NCBI GenBank assembly: GCA_951406725.2 | Contig: OX597814.1 | Coordinates: forward strand, 144,894,001 to 144,958,000 | Length of the DNA: 64,000 nt | Source: Octopus vulgaris | Lineage: Eukaryota | Direction: 5' to 3' | Shown here: piece after piece, positions 26,775 to 40,749 of the stretch | Layout: each line of letters opens with the position of its first letter | Position numbering within the stretch: the first letter of the stretch is position 1 | Translations under genes and position numbers: made by a program | The notes under the pieces: generated by a model | The model's input: only the letters and a program-made list of their open reading frames with translations | Database searches by the model: none | Told to the model about the DNA's origin: nothing

Positions 26775-27582
26775 TTCACTCATATTTTTCGCTGAGTATA
26801 CTGATAAAATGCAAATGGAAATATATTCATACAATCAAGGAGAATGGAAAAGTAGAAGTAGAAGAAGAAGACGAAGAAGACGAAGAAGAAGAAGGATGAG
26901 GAGAGGAAGATGAAGGGGAGGAAGAAGAAGAAGAGGAAGAGAGAGGATGAGAACGAGTATTGTAAAGATGTCGAGAGATTTGATAACATAATAACCTGCA
27001 GATTATTTTCTCATCTCTTATTACTGATATATTCATGGAGTTCATTAGAAATTGTGATCGATATAAAATATTTTAAGCATTGAATGACTCTACAAGTATT
27101 TCTCTGTCTCTATTCAATTTTTTATTTGATTTCTGATTTTCTGGTTGTAGCGTTCTTCTCTCTTTGGCCCCCCTGTCTCTATCTGTTTCTCTCTTTCTCT
27201 CTCACTAAGTATGGACAGGAAATTCTAGATGAAACTTAATATTTTGAAAATAGATTAAATCGATGTATCAAGTTTAATTTATCGTGTTAGTATGCCATGT
27301 TCTTTCTTCATTTATACAAACTTTTACACACTTTACATTACAAGAAGGAATATTTTTTATTTTATTCCTGATGTAAATAGTTGTTTTAATAACATTACAT
27401 ATCTTCTCAGAGTCGTTTCCTGTGTCTTGTTAAAAACAAAAATGTAGTGAACATCAAGGAGTAAGAGTCGTTGTTGCTTAGCTAGCCCGCACTCAGCGCA
27501 GCAGCGATTGTTAAGACCTATGATTATATGTCCATATTCAGCCGTAAACATCCCATATCTTTATTAAGATATCTATATTAAG

Positions 27583-28290
27583 ACGGCGAGCTGGCAGAAT
27601 GGTTAGCACGCCGGACGAAATACCTAGCAATATTTCGTCTGCCGCTACGTTCTGAGTTCAAATTCTGCCGAGGTCCACTTAGCCTTTCATCCTTTCGGGG
27701 TCGATTAAATAAGTACCAGTTACGCACTGGGGTCGATATAATCGTTTGTCTGTTCTTGTTTGTCCTCTCTGTGTTTAGCCCCTTGCAGGTAGTAAAGAAA
27801 TAGGTATTTCGTCTGCCGTTATGTTCTGAATTCAAATTCCGCCGAGGTCGACTTTGCCTTTCATCCTTTAGGGGTCTTTGCGTTAATTTTAATGTTTCTA
27901 TTTCGTATATCTTTACATTCTGAATTCAAATTCCGCCGTTTTCGACTTTGCCTTCCATCTTTTCGAGGTTGATAAATTAAGTGCCAGTTGCGTACTGGGC
28001 TAGATCTAATCGACTGGTCCCCCTCCTCCAAAATTTTAGGTTTTGTACCTAGTGTAGAAAAGAATATTAATGATCATTTCTGCTATAGGATAAGGACTGA
28101 AATTTTGGGTGAGTTGGGTAGCCGATTACATTGATCCCAGTGCTCGACTGGTGCTTATTTTATCGACCTCGAAACGATGAAAAGCAAAGTCGACCTCGAA
28201 GATATTTAAATTCAAAACGTAAAGAGCCAGAGGGAATGCTACTCAACATTTTATCCGGCAAGCTAACGAACCTGCTATTTCGCTGCTTTA
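27583..28290. mobile_element. Cluster of SINE family A copies (+ multimer, then a tail-to-tail - copy)
   Basis: + copies at 27583-27880 and ~27900-28070; - copy at ~28075-28290. Confidence 0.85.
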
Positions 28291-28364
28291 ATAATAATAT
28301 AATAATGGTTTCTCTTATTTGCCTCCCGGATGACGGAGAACTTCAAAGGCGTATATAAAATGGG

Positions 28365-28410
<46 letters not shown>

Positions 28411-28639
28411 TGAAATAATGTTTATCACCACTTAAACATGGCTGTTCCGTTGGAACCGACATCACGGCTGTTTTTAACCCCAGGAGGACACCACCTCCAG
28501 TTGGACCTCCGACCTACAGGCATGAGCTTTTAGTGGTTCCATCCTCTCTTGCCATTTTTACCACATTTCAAAACACTCACTTGCATCCAATATTTTCCTC
28601 TCCACATTCACCTTTGTAAAGTGAAATTTGAAGTCAGTA

Positions 28640-29620
28640 AGAGCTTGACCAAAAGGGACAGCATTTGTTCTTAGACCTTTAAATCTCGCTTGTTACTGTT
28701 TATTGCAACAACCGCCGGAGAGAGGAAAACTACCTTGTAAAAGGGGCGTCAGTGCAAATATCGCGATGGAACCCGAACCGTTCCACACATCACACTAGCT
28801 ATACGGCATAATTTCACAAGTCAGCAACCCTCAGACATTAAACAAGTGCATGTAGAACAGTTTTATCGCCCTGTACGTATCTCTGACAGGTTCGTCTGAC
28901 TCTTGTGTGCCTGTAAAGTTTATCCCGAAATGGTATCCCAACCACTGCAGCACTGTGAGTCTAGTGACTTCGGAAAGCTATCCGTTGGAGTTTCTGCCCG
29001 AAATACGCCGAAACAGACTAGCAAGTTCGTTCTCGTTGACACCTTGTGTTTCCCCAAGGACGTTTCGCTCTTTCTTTTCATCAGTTTTCTGTAAGTTGTT
29101 AAAGTAGAACTTCTACCGATCCTGTTGCCCAACTGATAGAAATCAGTGAACGCCTGGCAACGCCCTAGATATCATGTACCCAGTATCGGTCTTTGCAGTA
29201 CTCAGGACTCCAATTCCGCTACAGAGATGAGCTGCAGAAAGACAAACGACACCACATTCACTCATTACCCAGGTGGTACAGTCAGAGTGCATGTCAGCCT
29301 GTCAGTAGCCGTGGCATGCCAAGCCCAACACACCAAAGGGCTGACAGCAAATGGACCGTCTAACCAGAGAAACAAAAAGTCAAAGAACAGACTGAACCTG
29401 CCGCAAGGTACACAGAGGCAATATAAACATTCGCCATCAACCACCTGATCCTGACAGGCCACAAAATGAGAAAACCTTGTAATCATCTGCGCACCAGAAA
29501 TCCTTGTCTAGTTAATGGCTGCCACATATATATCTAGCGACCTGAAGTCATTGAGCAAGTGACCTTCCTCCTAAACCGAAGCAAGGCCTACTCTAAGTGA
29601 GGCCATTTAAGTGAGAGAAA
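28640..29620 (-). mobile_element. Degenerate Tx1/L1-like LINE ORF2 3' part
   Basis: Minus-strand peptides (SSTLTTYRKL...DSFPKSL..QC) parallel the zf-RVT-like region of 34511..35092. Possible ORF1 remnants extend to ~31300. Confidence 0.5.
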
Positions 29621-32133
29621 AGAAAGTGAGTTATTTATTTTGGTTCTCACCTTCTTTATGAATGAGAAGGAAGTGGCGAAAGGCTTGCCTAGAATACTTT
29701 TATTGCAGTATTTACTAAACGCTTCAATGCTTTGATAAATAAAACTTTGAGCAGAAAATGTATGAATCAGTTAATATGAGCAGTGTGCCCGAAGGTATTT
29801 TCAGGAGATCGTCAAAGCCTTCCCAATTTGTCAGAACGTATTTGTCGCTGATTATCTCCTCAGTTGCTCTTTTGAACATCAGAGAAATTAATAAAGTTGG
29901 TTTGTGTCTGAGTGTCTGATAAAATTGGTTTGCGTCTGTTGGTCATGTTGATCGAGTGTTTTTGTTTTCCGGATTTCTTGTGACTTTGTGGTGGTAAATA
30001 TGGTTGTAAGATTTGTCTTTATTGTTGTGATAATGATGATGCTGATGATGTTGGTGTTGTTGTTGTTCGTTAGTAATTTTGCGTCGTGGTTTCTATCTCT
30101 CCTTTGTGTCTCATTGCCTGCAATTTGGGGTGACCTTTATTTGTTTGGGTTTGATATTTCTTCTCAACAAAGGCCTAAATCTAGAAAGGTTTGCATTTGT
30201 TTCTGTGTTTTATTACTTGCGTAAGAGGGAGAGAGAATCTTTTGATTTTGATGGAGTAGGTAGTAACGGTGGAGGGCCTCGAGCTTTCTCCAGGTCGGGA
30301 CAGAAAGTTTTAACTTGATCAAAATTTCTACACACAAAATGTCTGGGCTTTCTGCTCATTGTTACCATCAGCATCTCTTCGCATTCCTGGAAACCGAAAA
30401 AAAACAACAAAAAAAAACCAAGGATGCTAGCGACTTCCACAGGAGTGACCAATATCTGGAATACAGTCACAATCCCAGTTCTGTTGAGTTGGGAATGTAT
30501 GGTAGATTTCATTTCCACAGTCTCCCTTTGTTCTGCAGAGGTGGCCATGAATTTTGTCAAGTATGTGTGAGCAAGATTTCTTTTGACTCGGATTCAAATT
30601 AATCTTCTATCCATATACAAAGGAACCATAATAAAACACTGGGCGGCGAAGATTATTGTAGTTATTCATCGAGCTTCCTGCTCACTGTTACCGATAATAG
30701 CTATCGTCCCGTACTGTCTTCCCTTATATATGTGTTGTACTGAAGCGCATGCATCTTCCAGATATTTCTTCATTTGTGCCTGCGAAGGCTATTTAAATTT
30801 TCCCGTCATTTCAACAAACGCTTTTGTATACGATTGCTTGTTTTTCGGAGCGTGCTTTTCCGTCCTCACTGTGAGACATTACTCATTGTTAAATAATTCT
30901 TTGTTGATATTGTAAAGCTTTATCTTTCAAATCTTACGCTGAATATGTAATCAATTGGTTAGCTGCTTTGGAAAAAACCACAGTTTGTTATATGCATTTG
31001 TCTTTGTTATTGTTACTTATTTGGGGAAACATTTTGTTGTTCTTCTAGTTGTAGTTATTGATGCTGTCTATGATATCGTCCATGATGGTGTGGGACTTGT
31101 TTACCTTCTCATCCCTGTTCTTATTTTCATTATTCTCATTCTTGCCATGGTTGATGTTCTTGCTACTGTTGGTGACATTGTTGACCAAGTTGGTTTTTGC
31201 TGTTGGGTTAAGTATAAACCCACACCAAGTAAAAACAAAGCTAACTTAATTCTGCTGACATACCTTGGAGTAGAATATATTTGTCCAAGGTACCGTGCAG
31301 TGAGATTTAACCAGGACTGCGTTATTGTGAAGCATCATGACCGTACGTGTGAAAGATTATTAATGGGTGACATTTTGGAAAGCCTGCCACCTCAATTCAT
31401 TTAGCTGTCATTCATTTGAATCGAGGCACGTCTCCCTAAAAACGCTATAATTTTGCGATATGACCCTAAATTTCCTTCAGTGTGCACCCATAAAATAGTG
31501 CACGTAAGTTGCAATTCAAATAATGCATAAATATATTTGTATCTGTGAATAGATATAAATGTATGTCTGTGTCGGGTATTTGGATAGATCGCAACGTCAT
31601 CACTTTTCGTCGTGTGTGTGTGTGTGTATACACACACACATATGTATATAAGCATTCATTTTGTGCTTTTTCTTTGGTGAATGATTACATACACATACGC
31701 ACACACTTGTATGTGTGCTTCTGTGTGTATATATAAGGTTATACACACACACATATATATATGCTCGAGGATAAAATTATCTTCCATTATTTTCTATAGA
31801 ACGAATAGTGAAAAAAATAAAATTACGAATAATAAGATCTGCTAGGATAGTTGTTTTTTTCTTTCTCTTCATTTTCAAAGAGTTATCGATTTTCATTTAT
31901 CATCTTTTCCTTACTTCGAGAATCTCAGAGGAAAGACATGCTATAGAAGAAACATGGTATATGTAACACATTTTATACTAGGAATAGTGATTACTGGAGA
32001 ATATCGCATTCTTTTATGTTGAAAATATTATTACAGAAATTCGTGACATTTTACAAATATATTGTTCGGGGATCGATAGGATTGAAATAAAAGAAGGTAT
32101 CTGATTAGTTTTACTTATTGATAAAGGTTTGGC

Positions 32134-32190
<57 letters not shown>

Positions 32191-32229
32191 GTGCGTGCGT
32201 GTGTATGTGCAACATATACTGTATTAAGC

Positions 32230-33330
32230 AAGACTAACGAAAAGAGAGAACTTGAAGCTTTTGTAGAGTAACAATTTCACTGTAGGTATTGGAGAGTTCA
32301 ATACCTTAGTATGACTAACAGTACTATAACAGGCAGGAATTCTCGAATTTTGGACATACTCAGAAAGTCTTTATTGTCAATTCAACAATTCCACACCACC
32401 TGGCACACACCGTTTAAATCTTTCCATATACTTAACTTACTCAAGACAAAAAATATATAATCTCACTCATGAACATCGTCATTGTCTAATTTCCAAAATA
32501 TTCTTCCTTAAAACTAATAATTATACAAATAAAGAAGAAAGCTTTAGCACAAATTTGCTCTCTCTTTCACAAACTAGCATGTTCAATTTCTTTGCCACCA
32601 CACTAATTCACAGAGTACCCCAATGGTTTATAAATTAGACTTATCATTGCTCATGCTCAACTTTATTTTCTAGTTACAAACCGACGCTCAGCTTCCATAC
32701 CTCATCGACCAGCTTACTCACATACGAAAATCCTTCACACTAAATCACCGACTTCAAATAAAACAGAAAACAAAACCCACGAAGAACTCTAACAACATTC
32801 CTAACACTTTTAACTCAAACGAATAAAGCTATAATTAAACATAACATCTCACAGATAGAGGATTCTCGTCTGGCATGAAATTGCCAGATACTGTGAGACA
32901 CTGATGCATATACTAGTGATATCCAAATTAGTGTATGCTTCATATCGGCATTAAATAGGCTATCAGACTTTCTTAAAATGTGATTATTGACAAAAGAGTA
33001 CATTGTTATAAAAATCATTTTTACCCCTTACAAAACCCCTTATTATTAAACCAAATGATCTAATACTAGGTACGATTCCATGCATGCAAATAAAAGAAAT
33101 ATAGCTGTTATAACGAGTAGAAACAGTAACGTGAAACAAGAAACCGTTTAACATTACCAGATATCAATGAAATTTCGACACCTTAACTTGAGATCACGAC
33201 TGCCAACGATGTCGAAGAGTTTTAGAAAATGTAGTCCAACGCCGTTTGGGAATGCATAAGCAAAATGCTTGTATTTGGATTATGAATCTCAAATGCATAC
33301 ACCTTAAACACGACATACAAGGTAAAATAA
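32230..33330 (+). mobile_element. Possible highly decayed Penelope-like element coding remnant
   Basis: Scattered frameshifted motifs in plausible PLE order (NFTV, ILDI, FHTTWHTP..SF, YP..FI). Weak evidence. Confidence 0.25.
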
Positions 33331-33837
33331 CATATATAAAAAGAATTACTGCTAAATTGATTTAGTAAATTAGATACTAAAAAATAAAATATAAAAATGC
33401 TATATCTAAACACATCAATCGTAAACACTAACATATATGACAAAAACTAAAATCTAGGATTAAAAAATAATTATTGATAAATTTATATAAATAATTAAAT
33501 GCAAATTTCCGTTGATGTTAAACAGCTTTAGAAATACGGTTTAACGCTATGAGAAATATACAAACTAAAATGCTTTTATCCAGACGATAAAACACAGATG
33601 TAAAATTCGTAAACACGAACACATAAGGTGAATATTGCAACAAAAATAATTATTGACAAATTAACTTACGTAAACTTATACCATAAAAAATAAAACACTC
33701 TAAACATACCATGGTTCAATTAAAAAAAACAAGACACCAATGTATTAAAATATATAAAACAATTATATATTCATATATATATAAATTTTAAATATCATTG
33801 CAATACAAAAGTATCACTTTCCAGCCAAATTAAGAAC

Positions 33838-34071
33838 CTACTTTCTTTATTACTCACAAGGGGCTAAACATAGAGGGGACAAACAAGGACAGACAAACGG
33901 ATTAAGTTGATTACATCGACACCAATGCGTAACTGGTACTTTATTTATCGACCCCGAAAGGATGAAAGGCAACGTCGACCTCGGCGGAATTTGAACTCAG
34001 AAAGTAACGGCAGACGAAATACGACTGCGCATTTTGCCCGGCGTGCTAACGATTCTGCCAGCTCGCCGCCT
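33838..34071 (-). mobile_element. SINE family A, full-length monomer
   Basis: Complete head, central block and tail (..TTGTTTGTCCCCTCTATGTTTAGCCCCTTGTGAGTAATAAAG). Confidence 0.9.
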
Positions 34072-34194
34072 TCAGTCAAATTAAGAACCGTAAAGGTAGA
34101 ATTAAAAATAAGAAATATGCATCAATGTTTGCTGGAAATAGCGGTCGATTACGATACGACGCTATATAAAGCTTCACTGAAACATATATGTAAT

Positions 34195-35365
34195 TCATAA
34201 TTGCTTACAGGGGCCAAACAAAGAGGGGACGATACAAAAGTCAGGGGGCCAGGATGAAAGACACAAAAATATGATAAATCGAATAAAAATTTCATAGTAA
34301 AAATCGGATGAAATAACAATACAAATTACAAAGACAATGAAGTGGGGGACGGGTTCTGCTTTTGGCCCCGCAAGCTCCGATCCACCACTGCGACCTTTTG
34401 GAAAAAACTTTCAGGAAACTCTTAGTTGGAGACATTCACACCCACCATTTTGGCCACAACCTTCCGTCTTCTCTTGTATATGCCCGGCGACAGGCACCCC
34501 TTCTCCGCCCTTATCTTCCTTTCAGGTGGAAAGAAGGGAAGCTGACCAGCCCAAGGCTGGAGATGAAAGTGCCTGTCACAAACCTTTCATTCGGATCTTC
34601 CACTACTTCTTTCGCAATAGTGAGAAAACAGGCCTTGCCTTCTTTGCCCAAGGAGGGAGGGGGAACAATTTTTATAATCGACTCGGAAGACAGCTGTACT
34701 CTTCCCAGTCGTGACAACAGATGTTCTACGTAAACCCTCATTTCAGAAATTTTGGGGCATTGCACAATCGCGTGGAGGACGGTTTCCTTGTCCTGCTCGC
34801 ATCTTGGGTACAAGGGTGAACAAGAGCCACCATGCCTTGCGAGTTTATCGCGAACCGGTAGCGCACCTTGGAAGCATTGCCAGGTCAGAGATCTCTGGAA
34901 GTTATCCAAAGACTCCGGCCTGAATGTTCTTCGGAACATGTTGGTTAAATGATTTTTGTCGAAGCCCAGGGTCTCCCCCAGGCCGTAGTCATTCCTTGCA
35001 TATACCGACCTTCTATAAAAGAATGAAGTTGAACCCCCATCGCTGGCATTACCTGGGCGAGAGAGAAACCGGAGTGCCGGCAGGTTCTCCAAGTGGCACT
35101 GGTCGTGCTTACTTCTACGTTGGATCCAAGGTTCTCGTTCACTAAAGCTAGTGAACCTAGGAAGCAGCTAACTGACGAACGGAGACCACACCTGTTCACC
35201 ATCCAGGAAACACAACAGATGCCTCAACTTCAGCGCCAATTTGCGTATCAACAGCCAAGGCATCCCTAGCCCACCTTTTAGCAGGTGTTAGCAGTAGACA
35301 GAGCGATCCACATGCGGACATTTATTCTTCCACAAAAAGCGGAAAAGGAACTGTTCCAACTTGTT
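34195..35365 (-). mobile_element. Tx1/L1-clade LINE 3' fragment
   Basis: ORF 34511..35092 has a zf-RVT-like motif (SLTWQCFQGALPVRDKL...PRCEQDKETVLHAIVQCP), followed by a 3' UTR ending near 34195. Confidence 0.8.
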
Positions 35366-35371
35366 CAGGGA

Positions 35372-35773
35372 ATTATTTTCTACTCTAGGCACAAGGGCTG
35401 AAATGTTTGGGGCAGGGGGCCAGTCGATTAGATCAACTCCAGTACGCAACTGGTACTTAATTTATCGAGCCCGAAAGGATGAAAGGCAAAGTCGACCTCG
35501 GCAGAATTTGAACTCAAAACGTAAAGGCAGACGAAATACCTATTTCTTTACTGCCCACAAGGGGCTACACACAGAGGGGACAAACAATGACAGACAAACG
35601 GATCAAGTCGATTACATCGACCCCAGTGCGTAACTGGTACTTAATTTATCGACCCCGAAAGGATGAATGGCAAAGTTGACCTCGGTGGAATTTGAACTCA
35701 GAACGTAGCAGCAGGCGAAATACCGCTAAGCATTTTGCCCGGCGTGCTAACGTTTCTGCCAAGTTAGCCGCCT
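35372..35773 (-). mobile_element. SINE family A dimer
   Basis: Head-core-tail followed by a second partial unit joined at GAAATAG|GTATTTCGTCTG. Confidence 0.9.
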
Positions 35774-36581
35774 TCCTGGTATCACATAATAAGCTAATGA
35801 TGTCATTCTGCTGAATTTACTGTAACATAGCTTTATATTGTATCTGTTTTGTTTGAGTCATATCACTGGCATTTCATAAGGTTTCGAAGCAATCTTTATT
35901 TTAGTTACAACATTATTACAAAACAACATCCAATTGAAAAGCGGTTTTTGCCAGTTATAACAGTTGATGCTTCCTTACGTAAGAAATGAAATGGGTTTTC
36001 TCCTTGCCTCCGTTTTCAAACCTCATTACTGAACAAAACTATAACAGTGAGGTAAGTGACGAGCACGTTAACTTTAATTAATCAAGTTTTTACCTGTACA
36101 GAGGTGAGGTAAACAGTATTGAACAATGTTTAACTAAACTGAACGCAAGGGTGGTAACTGAAAATAACAATATATATATATATATATATAAAAGATTTTT
36201 CTCATTTTTCAATTTGAAAAAATTAATAGTTAGACATTCAGTGTATGTAATACTTTAACAAAAAACAAAATAGGTGGGCGATGGTGGAAATAATATAATT
36301 TAGAAAAGGAACATAATTTTTTTTTTATCATAAAAGTGTTGAGAATAAAATATATGTATAAAGTGCAATATTTTCCTTATAGGAAAATGTTACACGTTAA
36401 GTAGAAAAAGAAATACAAACACGATTTGTTACCTAAGTTCAATTTGCTATTTTAAATTGATTTTCCAAAAAACAAAACACACAAAAATGCTAAGCAATTG
36501 ATATAACACGTTTCCCTTCCCAAACATGTTACTTGACAATTTTTTCAACTATATTTCCTTTTTCAAAAAATTATACATACG

Positions 36582-36617
<36 letters not shown>

Positions 36618-36622
36618 TATAT

Positions 36623-36640
36623 GATGTAAATTTATGTATG

Positions 36641-36690
<50 letters not shown>

Positions 36691-36708
36691 CATACATAAA
36701 TTTACATC
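36623..36708. repeat. Palindrome centred on a (TA)n tract
   Basis: GATGTAAATTTATGTATGAAC-(AT)n-GTTCATACATAAATTTACATC. Confidence 0.9.
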
Positions 36709-36800
36709 TATATATCTATGTACATTGATACATATACATCAATATATATATATATATTCATACATTTCTCTCTCTCTGTATATATATACACATATATTCA

Positions 36801-36854
<54 letters not shown>

Positions 36855-36965
36855 TGCATTCATATATGTATATATATACACGCACACACATTCATGCATA
36901 CAGATACATACACATATATACTGATATATGTGTTCATATATATATATATATATATATGCACATTC

Positions 36966-37016
<51 letters not shown>

Positions 37017-38487
37017 CATACACATATTCATACACACAAACACACACATATACGAGAAGAGTTCATACATGACAAATAAGTTTTGCAGATTTAAACATTG
37101 TCCATTTGTGAAAGGGGTAAATCACATACTTTGAACTTTTAAATATACTTAAACACAGCTAGCAATTGAAATGAAGATATCGTATTGATAGCTGATAGAT
37201 CCCACTGTTATAAAAGGTAGTCATTTTCCGAACGATAAGACTCTTTAATATCAGTGCTTATATCTGTTTTCCATAGCGTTTAGCAGATGAAAGGCAAATC
37301 CTCCTTGAAGAGAATATAGAACTATTGCAAAAGCGCACTTCTGAAGTTTGAAATTGAAACCAAAGGTTTCCACAACCTTAGGGATATTTTGTGCAGTTTT
37401 CTTTAATCCATATTATCACTGATCCTGCCGATCTATAATCAAATATATTGCTACCATTAACAGCACGTAATTTACTTCAGACAACGTGTATCTAGAATAA
37501 CATTAACCAGAGTGAGCCTCCATTTATCTCCATGGTGCTAGGATATGATTTGAGGGAAGCTTGAGCGCTTTTCCTAGCAAGTCAAGCGAGCACGTTAGTG
37601 GTTTTCTCGTTAGTTTATTGAAATCAGTGAATTATAGCACCTGATATATAAAAATATATTGGATTATATATATATATATTATATAAATTTTAGATTGTAT
37701 ACATAAGAATTATATCAGCTTACAGGGTGAAGTATATCATTCACTGATTCTACTTAGAGTTAGGTGGATTCAGTAGTTGTGAGTTATGTGTCTAGTCTAT
37801 ATGATTAACATAATCGGGAGGACAGAAAAAGGACCGTTGACTATGCAGCCGGTTTTTGATTCACGATAGAATCAGTGAATATAAATGAATTTCATACACA
37901 CAAGATTATTTTAGAGAGAACGTTCAAAATGTTTGAATCTGTTGCAGCATAGAGAATAACAGATCTTTCATGTTTCGCTATATATGAAAGTGAACGATAA
38001 TATTCACCAGTGAATTGTAGCAGTTGTTGTTTGGCACAGAGCAGTCCTAACAAAGTAGACCAATGGTTAAAGGTGTTTCAGTATGGCGGTCTAATGTCGG
38101 AATAGTTAGAGCTTCGATGAATGCCACGTGATATTGGTTCTGGTTTTTTATGTTCTGCGTTCTAATTGCGTTGAAGTCAACTTTGCACTCATCTTTCAAT
38201 GGTCGGTAAATGTAATGCAAATGAAATCTTGGTGTCGATTTTTCTCATCACGTTCATTTTCACTTCCTCAGAATCAGCTACTCTGCAATGAGAGTGGATT
38301 GTTGAGTTTCACTCATAATATTCTTTTGCTGCAGGAAATATATGAGTAACTTCTTCATTTGCTTCTCTTCTTTACAGACATACAAAACAAAAATAGAAAT
38401 AATCATTCAACATATCACTGTATGGGTAATAGGGAAAGATGTGTTTATTTTCTAACAGTGTACCATTTATTTATCACTATTAAATTA

Positions 38488-38686
38488 GTTTCAAATTTTA
38501 GTACAAAGCCAGTAATTACGGGAGAGAGCTAAGACGATGACATCGACCCCCATGCTCAACTGGTATTTATTTTATCGGCCACGAAATGATGAAAGGCAAA
38601 GTTGACCTCGGCGGAATTAGAACTTAGAACGTAAAGCCGCTAAGTATTTTGCCCGGCGTGCGAACGATTCTGCCAGCACGCTGCCT
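38488..38686 (-). mobile_element. SINE family A copy
   Basis: Reverse complement of head and core. Confidence 0.8.
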
Positions 38687-40164
38687 TTAATCAAATATTG
38701 AGCGTTGAACATTTCAATAGCTATTGTAAAATACACATAAAGATATCTATCGAAATTTAATAGATGTCTGATACGGATTTTATTGATTGCGGATGATAAA
38801 GAAAAGACTTGAATGAAAAAATTCTCTGATTCATTTAATACGAGATTCTATAATTTCCACCTAAACCCTACTTACTTCAAATAAAGATTAGTTCTGTTGT
38901 TAGTTGGTGGCAGGTCACTATTAATGGAATAATTATTTAACTGCATGTGTTTTACCTGTGACTACCCCGTCCAATGTTTTCTTTCTTTTTTTAAAGTTCA
39001 AAGCGAGTATGTTACGATTTATCTCAGGTTTTGTTGCTATTTGTAGCATGCAAAACGACCATAGTGAGAAACTACAGTTTCAATGCTAAGGATAATACTG
39101 TTTAATCTTAGTCCATGCCATGAATGCATAAAAAGTCAATACGGATTTATCTGGTAAAGTTAAACAACAACAAGAGCTAAATGTTACCAACAACATCAAC
39201 CACGACAATAAAAATTCAATGGGTTAATATTATCATACCTTTAGAGAATTGCATTGTTTTATAAGACCGACATGAAGAACAGACGATCAAGTACAGGTTA
39301 TTCGATCCTAGAAAGAAAACAGGTGAAATATTGATCGAAAAGAAGGCTGTATCCATTAACATCATTGTGGGATTAACTTTGAACTAAAGATTTTTAATAT
39401 TGATAAGGATCTACATATTTTAAGAGAGGGTACAGATGTTTTCCTGCCCACGGACTGTGTTCTTTTCCACATTTTTGTAAAGTTGAAGATACACGCACTT
39501 GGCTTCAACTAGCTAAAGACTTGCAACCATCATAGAATTGTTGACACAAAACAATTGGAGTCCTGAAAGTAAGTTTCTATACCTATATAACTTAATGAAT
39601 ATAGTCATCAGTTCCCAACGATATTGAGGTATATATATATATTGACATACTTGGTTTGTCCGTCCACACACCCACATCACAGAAACAGAGATAAAATGAG
39701 AATTCAAATATATAATTTATGGAACGTGCAGGTTCTGCATAATCTTGGCCCATGAAACAAGATAAAGACGAACTGCGAACGTATAGTTAACATTTCGCGG
39801 TTAGTCAGAGGCGAGTCAAAGAGGTAAACATTAATCATGAAAATATTCAGTAAAACACTTAAGGGAGGAAGGGACACTATTAAGAGCATGACAGAGTTAA
39901 AGTAAGAAAAAAGAAAACCACATATATAAATTTTTTATGACGAGAATGTTAAACACAAACTAAATCGAATGCGTTGAACATGGGAAAATGAAAATGTAAA
40001 ATCGTAGTCCGAGACGAAGACAAGGGTAGAGTAGCGAAAGCAAGTTAGCAGTTCACTATTTGAATGGCAAAGAAGAGAAAGAAACGGCGGGAAAAGAAGT
40101 GAAAAGTCGAAGTAGAGAAGGATAGAGATACAGGTAATGGTTTCAAATTTTACCAGAAGGACAG

Positions 40165-40749
40165 TAATTTTGGGGAAGGGGATGAGTTGATTACATACAT
40201 TAACCTCGGTGTTCAACTGGCTTTTATTTTATCGACTCCGAAAGGATAAATTGACCTCGGTGGAATTTGAAATGAGAACGTAAAGACGGACGATATGCCG
40301 CTATTAATTTTTCCCGGCGTACTAACGGCTCTTATTTCTTTATTGTCCACAAGGGGCTAAACATAGAGGGGACAAACAAGAACAGACAAACGGATTAAGT
40401 CGATTATATCGACCCCAGTGCGTAACTGGTACTTATTTAATCGACCCCGAAAGGATGATAGGCAAAGTCGACCTCGGCAGAATTTGAACTCAGAACGTAG
40501 CGGCAGACAAAATACCTATTTCTTTATTACCCACAAGGGTCTAAGCATAGAGGGGACAAACAAGGACAGACATAGGTATTATGTCGATTACATCGAATCC
40601 AGTGCGTAACTGGTACTTATTTAATCGACCCCGAAAGGATGAAAGGCAAAGTCGACCTCGGTGGAATTTGAACTCAGAACGTAACGGCAGACAAAATACC
40701 GCTAAGCATTTCGCCCGGCGTGCTGATGATTCTGCCAGCTCAACGCCTT
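40165..40749 (-). mobile_element. SINE family A dimer plus an adjacent older copy
   Basis: Dimer at 40332-40749; degenerate copy at 40165-40330. Confidence 0.85.

Noticed and set aside
30955-31404. 149-aa hydrophobic ORF suggesting a membrane protein
   Set aside because: Low-complexity GTT/GAT-rich sequence, probably antisense to a decayed retroelement; starts at a non-ATG codon.
39560-39618. Minus-strand CTGATGA...GAAAC with a CTATAT/ATATAG stem
   Set aside because: Five extra nucleotides before GAAA, and no proper stem III, cleavage triplet or stem I.
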